A DNA stretch of 64,000 nucleotides, from positions 54,314,001 through 54,378,000 of the forward strand of contig NC_045696.1 in assembly GCF_009834535.1 (NCBI RefSeq), written 5' to 3'. Both the position numbers and the translations under genes were made by a program. Position 1 is the stretch's first letter. Each line of letters starts with the position of its first letter. Origin of the DNA: Camelus ferus. Lineage: Eukaryota. The notes beneath the pieces were generated by a model. That model was given only the letters and a program-made list of their open reading frames with translations, was not told the origin of the DNA and searched no databases. Below, piece by piece: positions 50,943 to 64,000 of this stretch.

Positions 50943-53179
50943 AGAATGCAAGCACTAAAGCTCTGTAGGCTGGGGCACAGAAGGACCTAGTCTTGTCTTC
51001 TACCTTACATTAATAAATCGTCACATTCAGGTACACACAAAAACCATGGAGAGGTGGAAAGGTGTTAGTGACAACAGTTCAGAATGATAGAGTTCAGCAG
51101 ACCTGTGGGCATAACCAGAAATCAGGAGTGTGGGTGACCTTCCTCATCCCAGTAGATCTGTCACGGGAACAGAGACACAGGAAGATAAAATGCTGAGGGA
51201 TGAAATGCCTAGCTGAACAATATTTTGCTTCCTCATTTCTGAAAGATACTTTGGTTTTGGTCCCACTGTATCTCTCACTGTCTTCTACAATTATGCTCAA
51301 AGTTAATTTTGTTTTTGAAAATGTTCCAGACTTAATCTTATTAGTCAGTGGATTTGTATGAGTGTGTTAAAAACATAAACACATACATAGAGACACAGAT
51401 GTTGAGGCAGACCTATAGTTTCTTCTGTGTGTGCCAGTTTCTCTGTCTCTTCCTGGTCTAAATAGAGACTTTTTTTGTATGTTGGTCCTGCCTTTCACAT
51501 TAAGTCACAAACTCCTCCAGGGCAGGGATCATGGCTATCCAATACACTGTCTCTAGATATCCATCTGAGAAAGGCGGATTCTTCTTGAGGACAAATAGTT
51601 GACCTTAGGGTCAAGAAATCTTGGATCTACTTGGACATGAATTTGCTCAGATAACAATCTCTATGTGTCTTAGACTCCCCCGGTAGAAAAACAGGATCAG
51701 AAGCAATTTCTTTATGGGGTAGTCTAAGAATTCTGATGATGGGGGGACACTTATCAGGGAAAGGTAGTGTGGAAATGCTCAGTGCATCTTTCGCTCTACC
51801 CCTCCAGTGTGTGGAGAGACTCAGTCCTAATCCCTTGGCTGTTGCACTGAAGATATTTTATTTTCTAAGTATCTAACTCTGCCCCTTTATGCTGAGTAGA
51901 AGAATTATTTAGGTTATTTCCTTTTAGCATTTAAGTGATTTTACCTATTTGGAAAATTTCACCCAACTACCCTTTTCAGTGAATACACTAATATATTTTC
52001 TTTAATAGGTTCCCTAGAGTCACTTTTGCCATTTTTCCATGATTCTTTTCTTTTCATGATCAACTTATCTGCTTCTATTTAAAACATAATTCTTCACAAG
52101 GCCCCCATGGTAATATTCATTTGAGGCTTTTCTGAATCAAGTTCTGTCATAATTAGTTATGTTGTCCAATCTTTACTATTTCATAGGGAAGAACTAAGAT
52201 TTAAAGGTCAAAGAGCAAAATAAAGTAGCAAGAGCTTAGGGCAGTTTTAAAACTGAAGACTGTGACAAAGGAACCCATCAGTTCAAAAAACAGATTCAGG
52301 AAATTTACTTCCATTGCCTCCAGTTCCCGGATTGAAGATGTAGTTTCATTATTCTCATCATTAAGTGACAAAGGTGCTCTCTGACACTTGAGGCATAAAT
52401 GAATGAATAAAAAGCATCCTATTAGATATCACAGGAAAAAAAAAAACTTGTCCTCCAGAACTAAAAGTCTAATTGCATATTTAGATGACAATAAAAGCAG
52501 GATAAAATTAAGTATAAGCAATACGCTTGTCAAAAAAAAAAAAGAGAGAGAAAGAGATGAGACAAGTTCTGATGGTGTAAGCATTCAAGTGATGTTAACA
52601 GAAGTAGATGACAAAACTTAAAGAAAGCCTTGAGGGACAAGATGTGGTGATTTATTAAAAGTAAATACAAGCAGGTCACAGAATAGATGATAGGGCTGGA
52701 AAACAAGTTTTAAGATTGCCTGGAAAAAAAAATGTCCCATATATACCTTAGGATTGGTTCTGATGTGGAAAAAAGACGACCTTCAGAGAGAGAGAACTTG
52801 GACCATTTCCTTCTTGAGGTGTCTAATCCAAAAGGATAACTGGTAGTCCCAGGACACTTGATCATCAAAGAGCTGGTCGTAGGCTTATACCCCAGCTGCA
52901 GAGGATGCTGAGAAAGACAGTTTACACAACATTCCTTTCCAACAGAGGGAGGCAGTCTGCTCCTCACTGAGACACAGAGGCATGGTTAGGAGGCGGTGGA
53001 AATCTACTTACCTACATGTGGATGGGCAGACCAGGAAGCCACAGAGAATGATAACTAACCATTCTTAGCAAATCCTTTCAGTCAGCATCAGCTTCATTAA
53101 GAGGTGAAAAGAAAAAAAAAAAAAAAGAGGTGAAAAGATTCAACAAGGAGAGTATATTCTTGCTCCTGAATTCTCATCA

Positions 53180-53345
53180 TGTTAGAGCTAAGAGGTACCT
53201 TAAAACTCTTTCAGTCCAATCTCCTTGATGAAGAAACCAAGAGGTGAAAAGGTATGTCCAGGGTCACAGAGCAGATTACTGGGACAGCCAGTAATAGTCC
53301 CTGGCCTCCTAATCCCCACCCAGGGTAGTGCTTGTGCCCCTGAAC
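53180..53345 (-). mobile_element. MIR
   Basis: atgttagagct...gatgaagaaac...ccagggtcacagagc. Confidence 0.65.
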
Positions 53346-55069
53346 CAAGTGTAATTGTAAGAGAGATCCTTACTTCTCCAAAGAATGAAGGCAAGCGTCC
53401 TATTTTCTCTCTGCTTGAGGGAGCCCTTCTTTTTCATTGAGATGCAAAGTTGTATAGGACAGGACTGTTCTAAGGCTCTTATAATACACACTCCATGACA
53501 ATTCCTCCTTCACTAGCCCCAGTCATGTTCCTTTCACCACATGACTCCCTAGTGGTTTCCACTGTGTTGGACTATAACATATTCTACTCTGAAAAATCAA
53601 AAAAACTCCATTTGGGACATGACCCAGTGGGAAAGAGTTATGAAGGAAAGGCTCTGTCCTTCTCTGGTCTGTGAAGTTTTACCCTTCACTTCTCCTCTGA
53701 GGGACTCACTTTCCTGATCTGTAAAATTAGGATACACACCTCTCAAGTTTTTAGTTTTGTTTAGTTTAATTTGTGTTTGTAATGTGTGATGTATGTTTAT
53801 CCAGAAGCAAGGACTATTTCTATCCATCAAGGGCATAAATATTTAATTAATTTGAAATATCAAATTTTGCAAATCTTTACCATCCAGCCACAACTATTGG
53901 GCCCCTCTACCCTTCAGCCTCTGGCCCCTGCTTTCAATACTGACATCAAAATCTACCGATTCCTGCCATTTCTTCCACTCTGTAGTCTCCCAAATGACAA
54001 AGTCTTAACCACCTGGTGGCTTGGGTACCTACCTCATGGCCTGTTGAACACCAGCCTTATTAACACACTTACACAACACTATATATTTTGCCTTTTTTCT
54101 AGAACAGATGTTGACCTTCCTGTGGCTTATAGACCAAAAACTCTGTGGTTTGCATTATGTTTCCCCAAATGCATTGCCTTGATTTTTTTCAAAAATTTAA
54201 TTCTATTCTTTTGGGTCTCTGATCCTAAACAATTTCTGCTTTCTCAAGCTTCAGTGTGTTGCAGCACCTTCCTGGTCAGTGTCCTGCAAATAAATGTGCC
54301 ATCAAGGTTGTTTACTGCTTTGCCAGATTTCTAATAAAGACTTTAATCTGTGCCTGCCACTTGTCACTGAAATTACTCCCTAACTAAATATATGGATGAG
54401 CCAGGTCTTATTAGAGAAATTCTAGCTGATATATGAGTAGTCACATATTTACATTTATCAGATGTTTTGTTAGTAGGTTGTAGTTTCTGATACTCTAAAA
54501 ATTTTGACCCTTAAGAATTATAGTTACATATGGTTCAATCTAATATATATATTCTGGAAAGAGCACAAGACTTGAAGTTAGGAGCCAGGAGCTAATTTCT
54601 GTCACTGAGTGATTGTAGATATGTACTTTCTTTGCCTCTCTAGGCCTCGGTTCCCACAACTTCAAAATAAAGCTTTAAATTAGGTGATTTGTCACTTTCT
54701 CTCCAGGCTTTTCAAAGTCTATATATACTTGTCATGAAGCTTATTGAAACCTAGCTTTAAAAAAACTTAAACATATATATTGGTTAAATTGTTCAGAGGA
54801 AAATATAAGAGATTTTTGGAAAACAGTTCTGGAAGATTTTACATCAAAAGCTATTTGTATAAATTTAGAGATAGGCTCTAACTGCCACAGGGTTTACAGA
54901 AGTTGAAAAATTGGATTAAGTTTTCACTTCAGTAATATCTACCTACCAGCTCATTGGCAATAAGTGCATGTTTCTGATGGCCAAATGGGTAGGATACGCC
55001 AGAGTGAACCAATTACCTCTCATAAATTTGGGGCTAGAAGTTTGCTACCATTAACCACCAAGCACTCCC

Positions 55070-55690
55070 AGAATCACAGCCTCAAAGTCATTCCTGACTC
55101 TGCTTCCTCCATTCAATGAGTTGCCAGGTTCCCGTTAACCTGGAGTCCCTCACGAATTCACCATTCTCAGGTCAGTCATCCAAATTCAGGCCTCATTAGG
55201 TTATTTCAGTCATTTCATAATTATTCTTACTGCTTCCAAGATTTCCCTGTTGTCTTGATGTGACCAAAGTAAGATACTCACATAAATTTCCTTAACTATA
55301 GCTCTGATCGTATTATTCTTAAACTCATGCATTGGCTTCCTAACATTTACCAAATCCATTTAAAATCCTTTGGTATGTTAAAAAAAAAGTATTCAGAGAT
55401 CTAATCTCAACCATCTTTCTGGATTATTTTTCAACTTGCCATTTCAAATTATATTCTTTCAAAGCCTAGGTCCAAGTCAATATTTTCTTAAAACACCCCT
55501 TAGGTGTTCCAGAAACCCTCTGAACCCTCAAGTGATTCTGTCAGAGCACTCATACCTTCTATGCATAAATTATAATTTCCTCTGTTATTCACTAGACCAC
55601 CTTTTCATTAAATGCAGGGATTGTTTCTTCCTTAATATTACAGTCTCCGTGATCCCTTCTTGAGTGATTATTATATGAATTTAAAATGAA
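55070..55690 (+). mobile_element. Degraded L2 fragment
   Basis: gtcattcctgactct...tcaggcctcat...actagacc...gcagggattgtttctt. Confidence 0.65.
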
Positions 55691-56491
55691 TAGATGGTTT
55701 GCCTCTTCCTAAAGGTAAAGTAGAAATTTACTTCCTCTGAAGTGGAAACAGTGATGCAATTATTTTTATAGTTTACATTTTAACTGAAAAAATTAAAATT
55801 ACAAATTATGTTACAATTAGATAACTCCTTTTAAAACCCCATGCAAGTTATGTTTCATCAGCCATTTCTTTAGAGAGAAAAAACGTTCTTTTTATTTATT
55901 TAAGAAAGGTAGTTCAGTTTCAAAAATGTTCTACTTATTTATTTAATATATATGTTTCAGTACTTTTCTAAGTAGTGATATTCCACAAGCTCAACCATAA
56001 CTCATTGGCTTAGCTATCAAGTTTCATCTTTCTTTCTGAAGCATGTACAAGATAATGCCTATCTTATCCCACTCAGTGAAAGTCACAAGAGTTTCTTTAG
56101 TTTTCAAGTAAGTATACCTTCCCATCTATCAGGTGGATTAAATACATATCAGAAGTAAATAACTCCATTAGTCACAAGAATAGACTCATCAGTCAGACTC
56201 TGAGGTCAAACATTTGACAGGTGCCAATGAGGTCTTTCCAATATCACCTTTCAGAAATGAGGAAATCAAAGGAGTTAACCAAGGTAGTATCAAGGGACCA
56301 CCAAACAAACTGGGACAAAATACACCAGATGGTTCCAGTCAAGGCTTCAGGATGAACCCATATCCAGAATATACTCTGTGATATTGTTAGTTGACCTAAA
56401 CAGGTGAAACTGGTGAGCTGAAGATAAATATTTCATATTTTCACAAGAAGTAGTACCTAAAGGTCATTCAAAAATATCACAGCACAGAGCA

Positions 56492-56492
<1 letters not shown>

Positions 56493-56540
<48 letters not shown>

Positions 56541-56570
56541 CACATATATATGTGTGTGTATATATATATA
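56493..56570. repeat. Compound (TA)n/(CA)n/(TG)n microsatellite
   Basis: Read directly. Confidence 0.95.
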
Positions 56571-59500
56571 TTCCTTATTTGCTATTAATATAAATCTAGT
56601 CAAATCTAAAAGGCAAGTCTGGTTTCTTTTGTCTTTTTAGAGAAAACTAAAACATTAGTAGCATAAAGTTGGGCCATACTCTTTTTTTTTTTTTTTTTTT
56701 TGTCGTATTTCAGGAATTTTATCAGTCATCTTTCGAGAAGCTCTTTTGGAAATAAATTGGATTTTTGCTGACTTTCCTGAGAATATCCCTTTGCATAATC
56801 CTTGTCTAATAAACAAAAGGAACTATATAACTTATCTGCTCTGTTTGAGATTCTACATTTGCTGATCACATAGACAAAATAAGCTTAGTCTCTGGCAACC
56901 CAGATGATGTCTCTCTCTCTTCTCCATGCCTCAGGAAGTCCTCCCTATTCACTGCTCATGCCAACAAACAGTGAGAACTGGAGTAAATGAAGGCACAGAC
57001 AGGGATTTGCATTCTCGTTCTATTCTTTGACTAGGGACTAAATCCTCAAGTGAGGTAGCGGGATGACAAACACCCACAAAAAAATTCCTTCGAACAAAGG
57101 GAAAACAAGGATAATAGCCAAGGCAAATGCGTCAAAAAACTGCAAGGTTAAAAGAAATTAGAATGCTTCCTTATTTCCTTTGGCTATCATCTCCTGGAGG
57201 ATCTCTCTCCCCCCAAGATTCCTACCCTCATTAGACATACTCAGCCGAGTTAGCACTCAACTAATATATAAGCGACAAACAACACACAACTGGCTCCATA
57301 TTTCTTTCTCCCAGGCTGGCTCTTGTCTTCCACAGAAACTGGTTCACACTCAACATAATGCCTAAAGGCAAAGTTATCTTCCCATCTCCCTAGTCTACAG
57401 CCCTGAAGGTCTGCACATTCTTCTTCAGATAAGGATCTTGTTTTCTACCTCAAGAGAGCATTCCACTGGTCAGATTTTCAGACTTAGGTCCCTATTTTAG
57501 GTAATTGAGCATTTATAGCACCGCCCATGTTTCTTTTTAGGGCCAACTCATAATGCTAACAAGAAATGCACTGCTGTCTGCCTACCAGGGACGGAGCATG
57601 AGGAATAATGAGCAAACATCAGTGAATGAACTACGCAGCCACAGACAAACTACCAGAGACATGTACCTTCCTGAGAGGCAGAGAATTATGAAGGCAATAT
57701 TGCCTGATGGGATATGTAAGAACAGCCTTGGAAGTTCATGTGTGGATGGAAACCAATTAAGTAAAGCACTTATGAAAATTGCTTTCTACTGTCTAGATGA
57801 GAATTTATCATGAGACATGGTTTTTAAATGAAAAACCTTCCATGTAAACCTGGATTAAGTGTTTTGTCCAAGGTGACACAATAAGGAGACCAAGAGAGAT
57901 AAAAATAGAATGCTTGAAACCAGCCTCCTGATCTAATCATCAGACACTTTGTGCGTTTATCTGAAGAGGTCCTAATGCAAAGTAGAAGCTTAAGAGTGAG
58001 AGGTCAGTGTAAGAATTGCAGCAGCCCACTGGGCAGCAATAGAAATGGAATTGATTGCTTCCGTGAAGAGTGATAAAATGTTATCAATAATGACACAGCA
58101 AAAGAAAAAACTTGCCATCTTCTACATCATAAAAGCATTTGCTCCACTAAAATGCATTTTGCTAACCTTGACTAGTCACTAAAGGTCACATGACATCTGA
58201 CCCTCTTTAATCCTGGCATTTTGGCTTAAGTATAATATAAGCAGGCAATTTCATTATGTCTTTGTCTTTTTTTTTTTCCCCCAATCCTTTTCCGTGTGAT
58301 TTTTTTCACACGAAGTTTTAAAGAGCACCTGCTACATATAAAGTGACAAGGGGATAAAAATGGACCAGGCTTATTTCTATCTCTCAGGGAACTCAAGTTC
58401 TGTTGCTCAGGGATGCCTAAATAATCCTTCCAGACACAGGGGGTGAGTGCTCTAAAATCGGTAAGGATAGAGTCCCTGTGGGAACAGAGTAGTGGGAGGG
58501 AGAGGAACAGTCAGAAACCAGGCCACAAAAGCTAGTAACTTTGCAGGTGGATACAAGGTACCATGGGAGAGAAGACAACTCTGGGCAAAGGAAGTAGCTT
58601 GAGCAAAAGCCCCTCTGCTTCCATTACTTCAATGTCTTTGTCAGACACTTGTTTTCCTCTCTTTAGACATTTATTTTTTACACCAATCCAGGCTTTATTC
58701 CTTATTGGCTGTTTTAATTTTCTTCATCTCCATAATCACCATTTTCTTGTATGATGGTGATACTAGGAGTACCTTCCAAATATTAGTGAGAATTGAATGA
58801 GGAATTCCACGTAAGGATTTGAATAAACTTGGCAAATTAAGTTCTGCATATAATTATTATGATGATTTACTCAAATATAGAATATGATTTAGAGGAAGCT
58901 GTCAACAATCCTACTCGTGCAGGACAACCCAAGTCATGTCTAATCAAAGACGTTACCCTCAGTGGTCTCTCACATCCTTCACATCCCTCAAATATTAGGG
59001 GGATTGGGTCATTATTTTCTTAGAAGGAAGTATTCAATTAGCCAGACACTTAAAAAGAAGAGATTAGCTACAAGTAGCAAGACCCTGAGCTGGGAAACAA
59101 ACAGGCACATTTTGATATTGAGAAAAAGCTACAGTGTCACAGTGAGAATGCCCAGGGCAATGGGACATCAGAGGAGCACAGTGCTCAGGACATATTTTGC
59201 CTACATCACAGTTCTGCTTGTTGTCAGCCCCCATAAGGCTATTATGAGAGGATGATCTATTAGATCAGAAGGAAAGCTTCTAAAGTCCATCCTATCAACC
59301 ACATGGACAGGATAGCTGGGGCAACAGGTGGAATGAACAGCATGGTGGTGAGACTTGAACTGGAGGCAAATTTTTTCTAGCTACCTAAAGAAACTTTAAT
59401 CATTTTATGAGTAAGGTGGCTATGGTGGGGTACAAATTAAAAAAAAAAAAAACACCCACTTGGGTGTTATTTTTACTAGAAAATAACATATGTGTGAAGG

Positions 59501-60209
59501 GATACTTCCTTTCTTTTACTATTTCATTAAAGTATTAAATTAACGGCAATGGAAGTCCGGGACCCTATAAAACCTTAGAAAACCTATTAAGTCTGTAGGC
59601 TCTCCAGCCTTTGAGAATAGATTCCTATGGTGGTGCAAAGGATGCTCTCTCTCTCTCTCCGTGTGTGCAGTGAAAAATAAGGTAAGTATGGTCACATGTG
59701 GACCTCATCAAGTTCATTTCATTTGTGAAATCAACTAAAAAATGGCTGTAGGTTTGCCAGCCCCTTTGCTAATGGCAGCATGAGCACCTGTCACCACAAC
59801 GTCAACAGTGATGATCAGAGCAATATCCGTGCCCTGTAAAGCGAGACTTAAGGGACTGGCTGGCTTGGAGCATGTTTGTCCTGCACTGACACTGGAACTG
59901 CTTTTTGTGTGCTGTGCAGGTGATGTCAATACCATACGTGTGGGAATTAAACAAATGGATGCTATTAAATCTAGTCAGTTGAATGAAGGACTAAGGCAGG
60001 AACTGTGTTTATGGTCTAAGCCCTCCAAATGCAATCAGGTTGCAAAATCTGAGACTCAGCATCTTCATCTTTCTTTATAGACCCTGAGACTCTTAATATC
60101 TGTTTCATCCAAACTCTACCAAATTCTAGGACCACTTGTCACTGAGGCAGAAGACAGAGAAAGTTCTTTAGATCCATAGTCTAGAATTCTGCAGTAGGTC
60201 TTGCTTACA

Positions 60210-61330
60210 AGAATTCATTCAACAACTATCCAAGTATTTATTTAATGTATTCAGTACGATCCAGATTCAGGTCTACAGAAACAAACAAATAGGCAAAAAT
60301 ACCTGACCTCTTTAAGACGATAAACATAATCTTACAATTCCACTGGGTGGGATTTACAGACAATGACTTAGGAAATTTAGGGTATCTTAGAAAGGGATCG
60401 ACATAAAAGAGAAAGGGAAATTGGTAATATGTTTCTCTTCAAAGATTGAGTTCACAACTTTGAATAAGGGTGATTAGGAGAGGGCTTTCTGAAAAAGATT
60501 TGAAGGAGGTACAGAGCAAGCCAAGTGCATATCTGGAGGAAGAGTACTTCAAACAAAGCCAACAAAACACACAAAGGTCTAAGGGGACGTGTGACTGATT
60601 AGTGGAAGAAGAGCAGGGAGAAAGGCTGGCTGGAGCACAGTCAGGAAAGGATAACTGTTGATGAGGTCAGACAGTTAAACAGGGACAGATCACATAGGGC
60701 CTTGAGAGCTTTGGTCTTTAGATTAGATATTAAGACATGGAGGTGTCTGGAGTAGAAGTATAATATGAACTTACTCATTATTTAACAAGGTCATTCTGGC
60801 CCTCTGCCTGTTTTGTACATCTGTGAGGTAAAAAAGTTTTCTACATTTCTAACTGGTTGATTAAAAAAAAAAAATCAAAGGAAGAATAAGATTCCATGGC
60901 ATGTGGAAATAATATGAAAACTCAAATTTCAATATCTTGGTAAAAGTCTTGTGGAATTCAGTCATGCTCATTCATTTGTCCCTTCTATTGCTCTCTTCAT
61001 GCTACCATGATAGAGTGGAGTAGTTGTGACCAGTATTATATGGCCCCCAAAGCCTAAGATATTTACTTTCTAGCCCTCTGCAAACAAGTTCTCCCACCCT
61101 GGATTAGACTATATGGGGCAAATGTGGAAGCAGAAACCAGTTAGGAGGCACTGCAACAATCAGAGTAAGAGATGATGGTGGCTTGGACCAGTGGTCAGTG
61201 TTAGCGATGGTGAGAACCTGCCAGGTCCAGGACACATTTGGAAGTTAAAGCCAAGTCCTTGTGCTACTACAATGGCAATCAGGGTGCAGGAGACATAAAA
61301 GGATCAGAAAAATTCCAAGTTGCAGTACCC
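60210..61330 (-). mobile_element. L2a fragment split by a MER58-like insertion
   Basis: ttcattcaacaac...gatttgaaggagg...; resumes after about 61101 with ccagttaggaggc...gagatgatggtggcttggacc. Confidence 0.85.
60798..61101. mobile_element. hAT-Charlie MITE, MER58B-like
   Basis: gcctgttttgta...aatcaaaggaagaata...catgctcattcattt...aaagcctaagatatttact...ccctg. Confidence 0.85.
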
Positions 61331-62739
61331 CAGTTGCGACTCCACATCTCCAAACCTCTAAGCCACTTACTGAGGTGTTTCACAGTTGTTTTATTTTTTT
61401 AAAAGTGCTTTTAAACTTGTCCCTGAGTTCTCAGTTCTGTCACCTCTCTTCCACCTCACTCTCCACAAGGAGAGGGCTCTTGCACCTGCTTACCAATCTT
61501 CCTCCCAGATCAAGCTTACGTCTTTATCTCTTCATTTTTCTGCCTTTGTTTACAGGCCAGAAAGTGGGGAGAGGAAAATTAAAGCCAGATAAAAGATAAT
61601 TTAAGGGGAGTCCTCAGATGGCCCCTTTTCTTCTTGTCAATACTTACTAAGAAGAAATGGTTCCTTAGGAATTCTGTGCCAAACAAGCAACTTTTATTTT
61701 GCCTCTGTAAGAGAGTCCAGAAACTGATGCCTAAAATGGCCAGCTACTCTTCCAGAACAAAATATCAAAAATGCTATTTATAAACAGATAATAGTATCTT
61801 AAAATAGTCTTAACAGAATACTGAATCATTGATATTTCATTCATTTTCACCAAAGAGTAGACATGAAATTTTCTGAAATGGCTATGAGCTGACCTGAACT
61901 ATTTTTTTAGCACTAAATTTGTATGACTTAGTGTATAATATTTCACTCGTGATTTAAAAAGATGAGACATATGGTTGTCACTAGGGCTTTGATGTTTTTG
62001 TTATTGTTGCTACAACTTTGATAGGCATCACTTTCTTCATCAAAAATGACATAGGTGGATTAAACTCTCTCTTAGGTCCTTATTATTTTAGCATTTTGGG
62101 TTTGTGAATCCTATTGGGGGTCTGCTAACATTCAAGAAGTTTAGGGAAGAGGATGTGAAGTGCTAAATCCTCTGTGTTTTAGGCTGTATATATTCCTTCC
62201 AACTCTGCCTCCTGTTTCTGTCCCTACAAGGTAGACTTTTTGCATAGAAACAGCCTCTTTGCCAGGGCTTTCGTTCTTCTCTAGAATCAGAAGTCAGGGC
62301 TCCTCAGCTTATAAGGTCACAACTATCCCAACTGGCAAAGGCTGTAGAGAATGCCAATTACTACACTTGCAGTTAGAAGCCAATTATTTTTTCTTAAAAT
62401 AACATGTGTCCTGTAGTCAAATTGAAGAGTGCAGCTAGGTAATGGAAGCAGCCCGTTGCAGACTGAGCAGGAGGTGAAAGACAAGGGCAGTAGGGTTAGA
62501 GAAAGGTCAGGATACAGGATTCACTGAGAGGAATGCTCACAGAATTACAGAATGTTAGAGCAAAACAGATCTTACAAATCATGGTGTTAGAAATATATCC
62601 TTGGTCCTGACCCAGGCTTTGGAAACAGGGTATACCCCTCAGCTGTTGACTCAGGAATTCAGATGGCTCACATAATATCATTTCAATTTTATGTATATTC
62701 TGTAAGCAAGCATGTTATGAGGAAAACGAAGTAATAAGG

Positions 62740-62960
62740 CAAATTGGGAAAGGCAGACAAATCTAGAGATGAATGCCAGCTCTATTTCTTAGATCTGGAT
62801 CCCATGATGATTTAACTACCTTTTCAGGATCCCAAATTTTCCATAGAAAAAGGGGGATGCTCACACCTACCTCGAGGGAATGGTGAGATTTATTGATGAT
62901 GGAGGTAATTATCTGGTACTGAGTACACACTTAACAAATAGCGCCTTCTTTACAGTTACC
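62740..62960 (+). mobile_element. MIR
   Basis: tctagagatgaatgccagctct...acctacctcgaggg...ctggtactgagta. Confidence 0.6.
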
Positions 62961-63648
62961 ATGTGTAGTTATGTTTAAAGGGTTCCTCTAATCTGTTCCC
63001 ATTTCTAATGTTTTCTACAGCTCCATTCTCCAACCATCTCAAGCTTTCTTGAATGCTTAATCTATCTCCCTCAATCTGGGGGGGACCCCAAATCCTTGGG
63101 TATTTTTTTGTCTTCTGATAGGTCAGATGGGAAGTTTAAAAGTTCCCAGCCATCCTTTAGCAACTGTCACCATGGCTGTCTGCTGTCATTTCTAAGAACT
63201 TACTTTACATAGTGGGTCATCTTGGCAGCTGGAGCTTGTACCCCATTATAGGTCCAAGTCTGCAGGAATCTGACTGCTGTGTGTGGGTGTAACTGAATAG
63301 GATCCTACTGTCATCATTGGTGATCATCTGATATCTGTAATGGTGTTTGTATCTGCTTCACTGTATAACGGTTTAAAGGTCTTTCTCATGCTCTTGCTGA
63401 CCAGGATTGGGCTGGAGAGGAGGGAGGCTTGGGTAGTCTGCCCAACCCCCTCATGATGCTGTGTGCAGGGATTACACTCAGTGCCCTGCTCTTGTCCCTA
63501 GTGCTTTGCTCCTAACCCCAGTGCCCTCCTCTTGATTCCAACACCTCAGAAAAAGCAATTGGGTGTTTTCTACATCTCATCATTTATAACTCATCCTAAC
63601 TGTGCATGCCTGCAGTTGTTTTTGACTCCTTGTGGTTTCCTTGTATCC

Positions 63649-64000
63649 TGTTGTTCAAGCTGCAGGCCTCAATCTGCAGCAGGAGATCCCAGGCCTCAGC
63701 CTGCTTAAAGGGCTAAAAGCATTTATCAGTTTGACTTTAAACTACACAAGTTTTTCTCTAGAGCTCTTTTCCACAGAGCCCCTGCCTATGCACCATTTGT
63801 TCTAGGTACAAGAATATTAAAAGAGTCCCAAAGCCAGAGGTGAATTTCATACCCAGCAGAGGGAAGGGGAGCCCTGCATCTGCAAAAACAAGAACTTTGC
63901 AACACTTTGTTACCCTGTATATGATCTCTGTGGAAACTAGCTCCACCCCTTGAACTATTAAACTTTTATTATAAAACCCCCTGTCTTCTCTCCAAGCAGG
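63649..64000 (+). mobile_element. Possible ERV LTR (U3 part) cut by the window end
   Basis: TGTTG start and a TATA-like tataaaacccc near 63970; no 3' end or TSD visible. Confidence 0.35.

Noticed and set aside
54005..54022. CCACCTGGTGG possible CTCF site
   Set aside because: Key positions mismatch in both orientations; much weaker than the 30.5-kb site.
53786..54334. Longest ORF in the track (182 aa)
   Set aside because: No recognisable domain, Leu/Phe-rich composition expected from T-rich DNA, and no supporting exon structure.
59808..59889. C/D-box snoRNA-like spacing (GTGATGA ... CTGA, 82 nt)
   Set aside because: No canonical terminal stem outside the boxes, no clear C'/D' boxes and no recognisable rRNA guide.
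1..64000. Isolated AP-1, octamer and MEF2 matches across the window
   Set aside because: Their numbers are about what chance gives in 64 kb of AT-rich DNA.
1..64000. Prokaryotic-type systems (CRISPR arrays, operons) and tRNA/rRNA genes
   Set aside because: None seen; the sequence is mammalian and has no regularly spaced repeat-spacer array or structural RNA gene.

Overview
AT-rich, CpG-depleted placental-mammal genomic DNA. The young L1 3' ends look cetartiodactyl and I see no Alu, B1/B2, Bov-tA/BovB, PRE1, CHR or SINEC elements, so a camelid is my best guess. No intact protein-coding gene or RNA gene is recognisable, and nearly all ORFs in the track look like noise. Much of the window is old interspersed repeats (MIR, L2, L3/CR1, L1M, MLT1, LTR16, hAT MITEs), plus one well-defined ERV1/MER41-like solo LTR and a few young L1-type insertions with target-site duplications. 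Repeat family names are by-eye recognition and their boundaries are approximate. The most interesting signal is on the minus strand at about 13.4 kb to 1.3 kb. A chain of about 12 short segments bounded by plausible splice sites joins in compatible phases into about 300 codons with scattered stops. It has collinear motif resemblance, from memory only, to the PDI-family protein TXNDC16, so it may be a decayed intron-containing pseudogene; this needs a homology search. The middle of the window holds repeat-free, CpG-retaining regulatory-looking blocks, including a strong CTCF motif at 30.5 kb and a promoter-like region at 33-34 kb.
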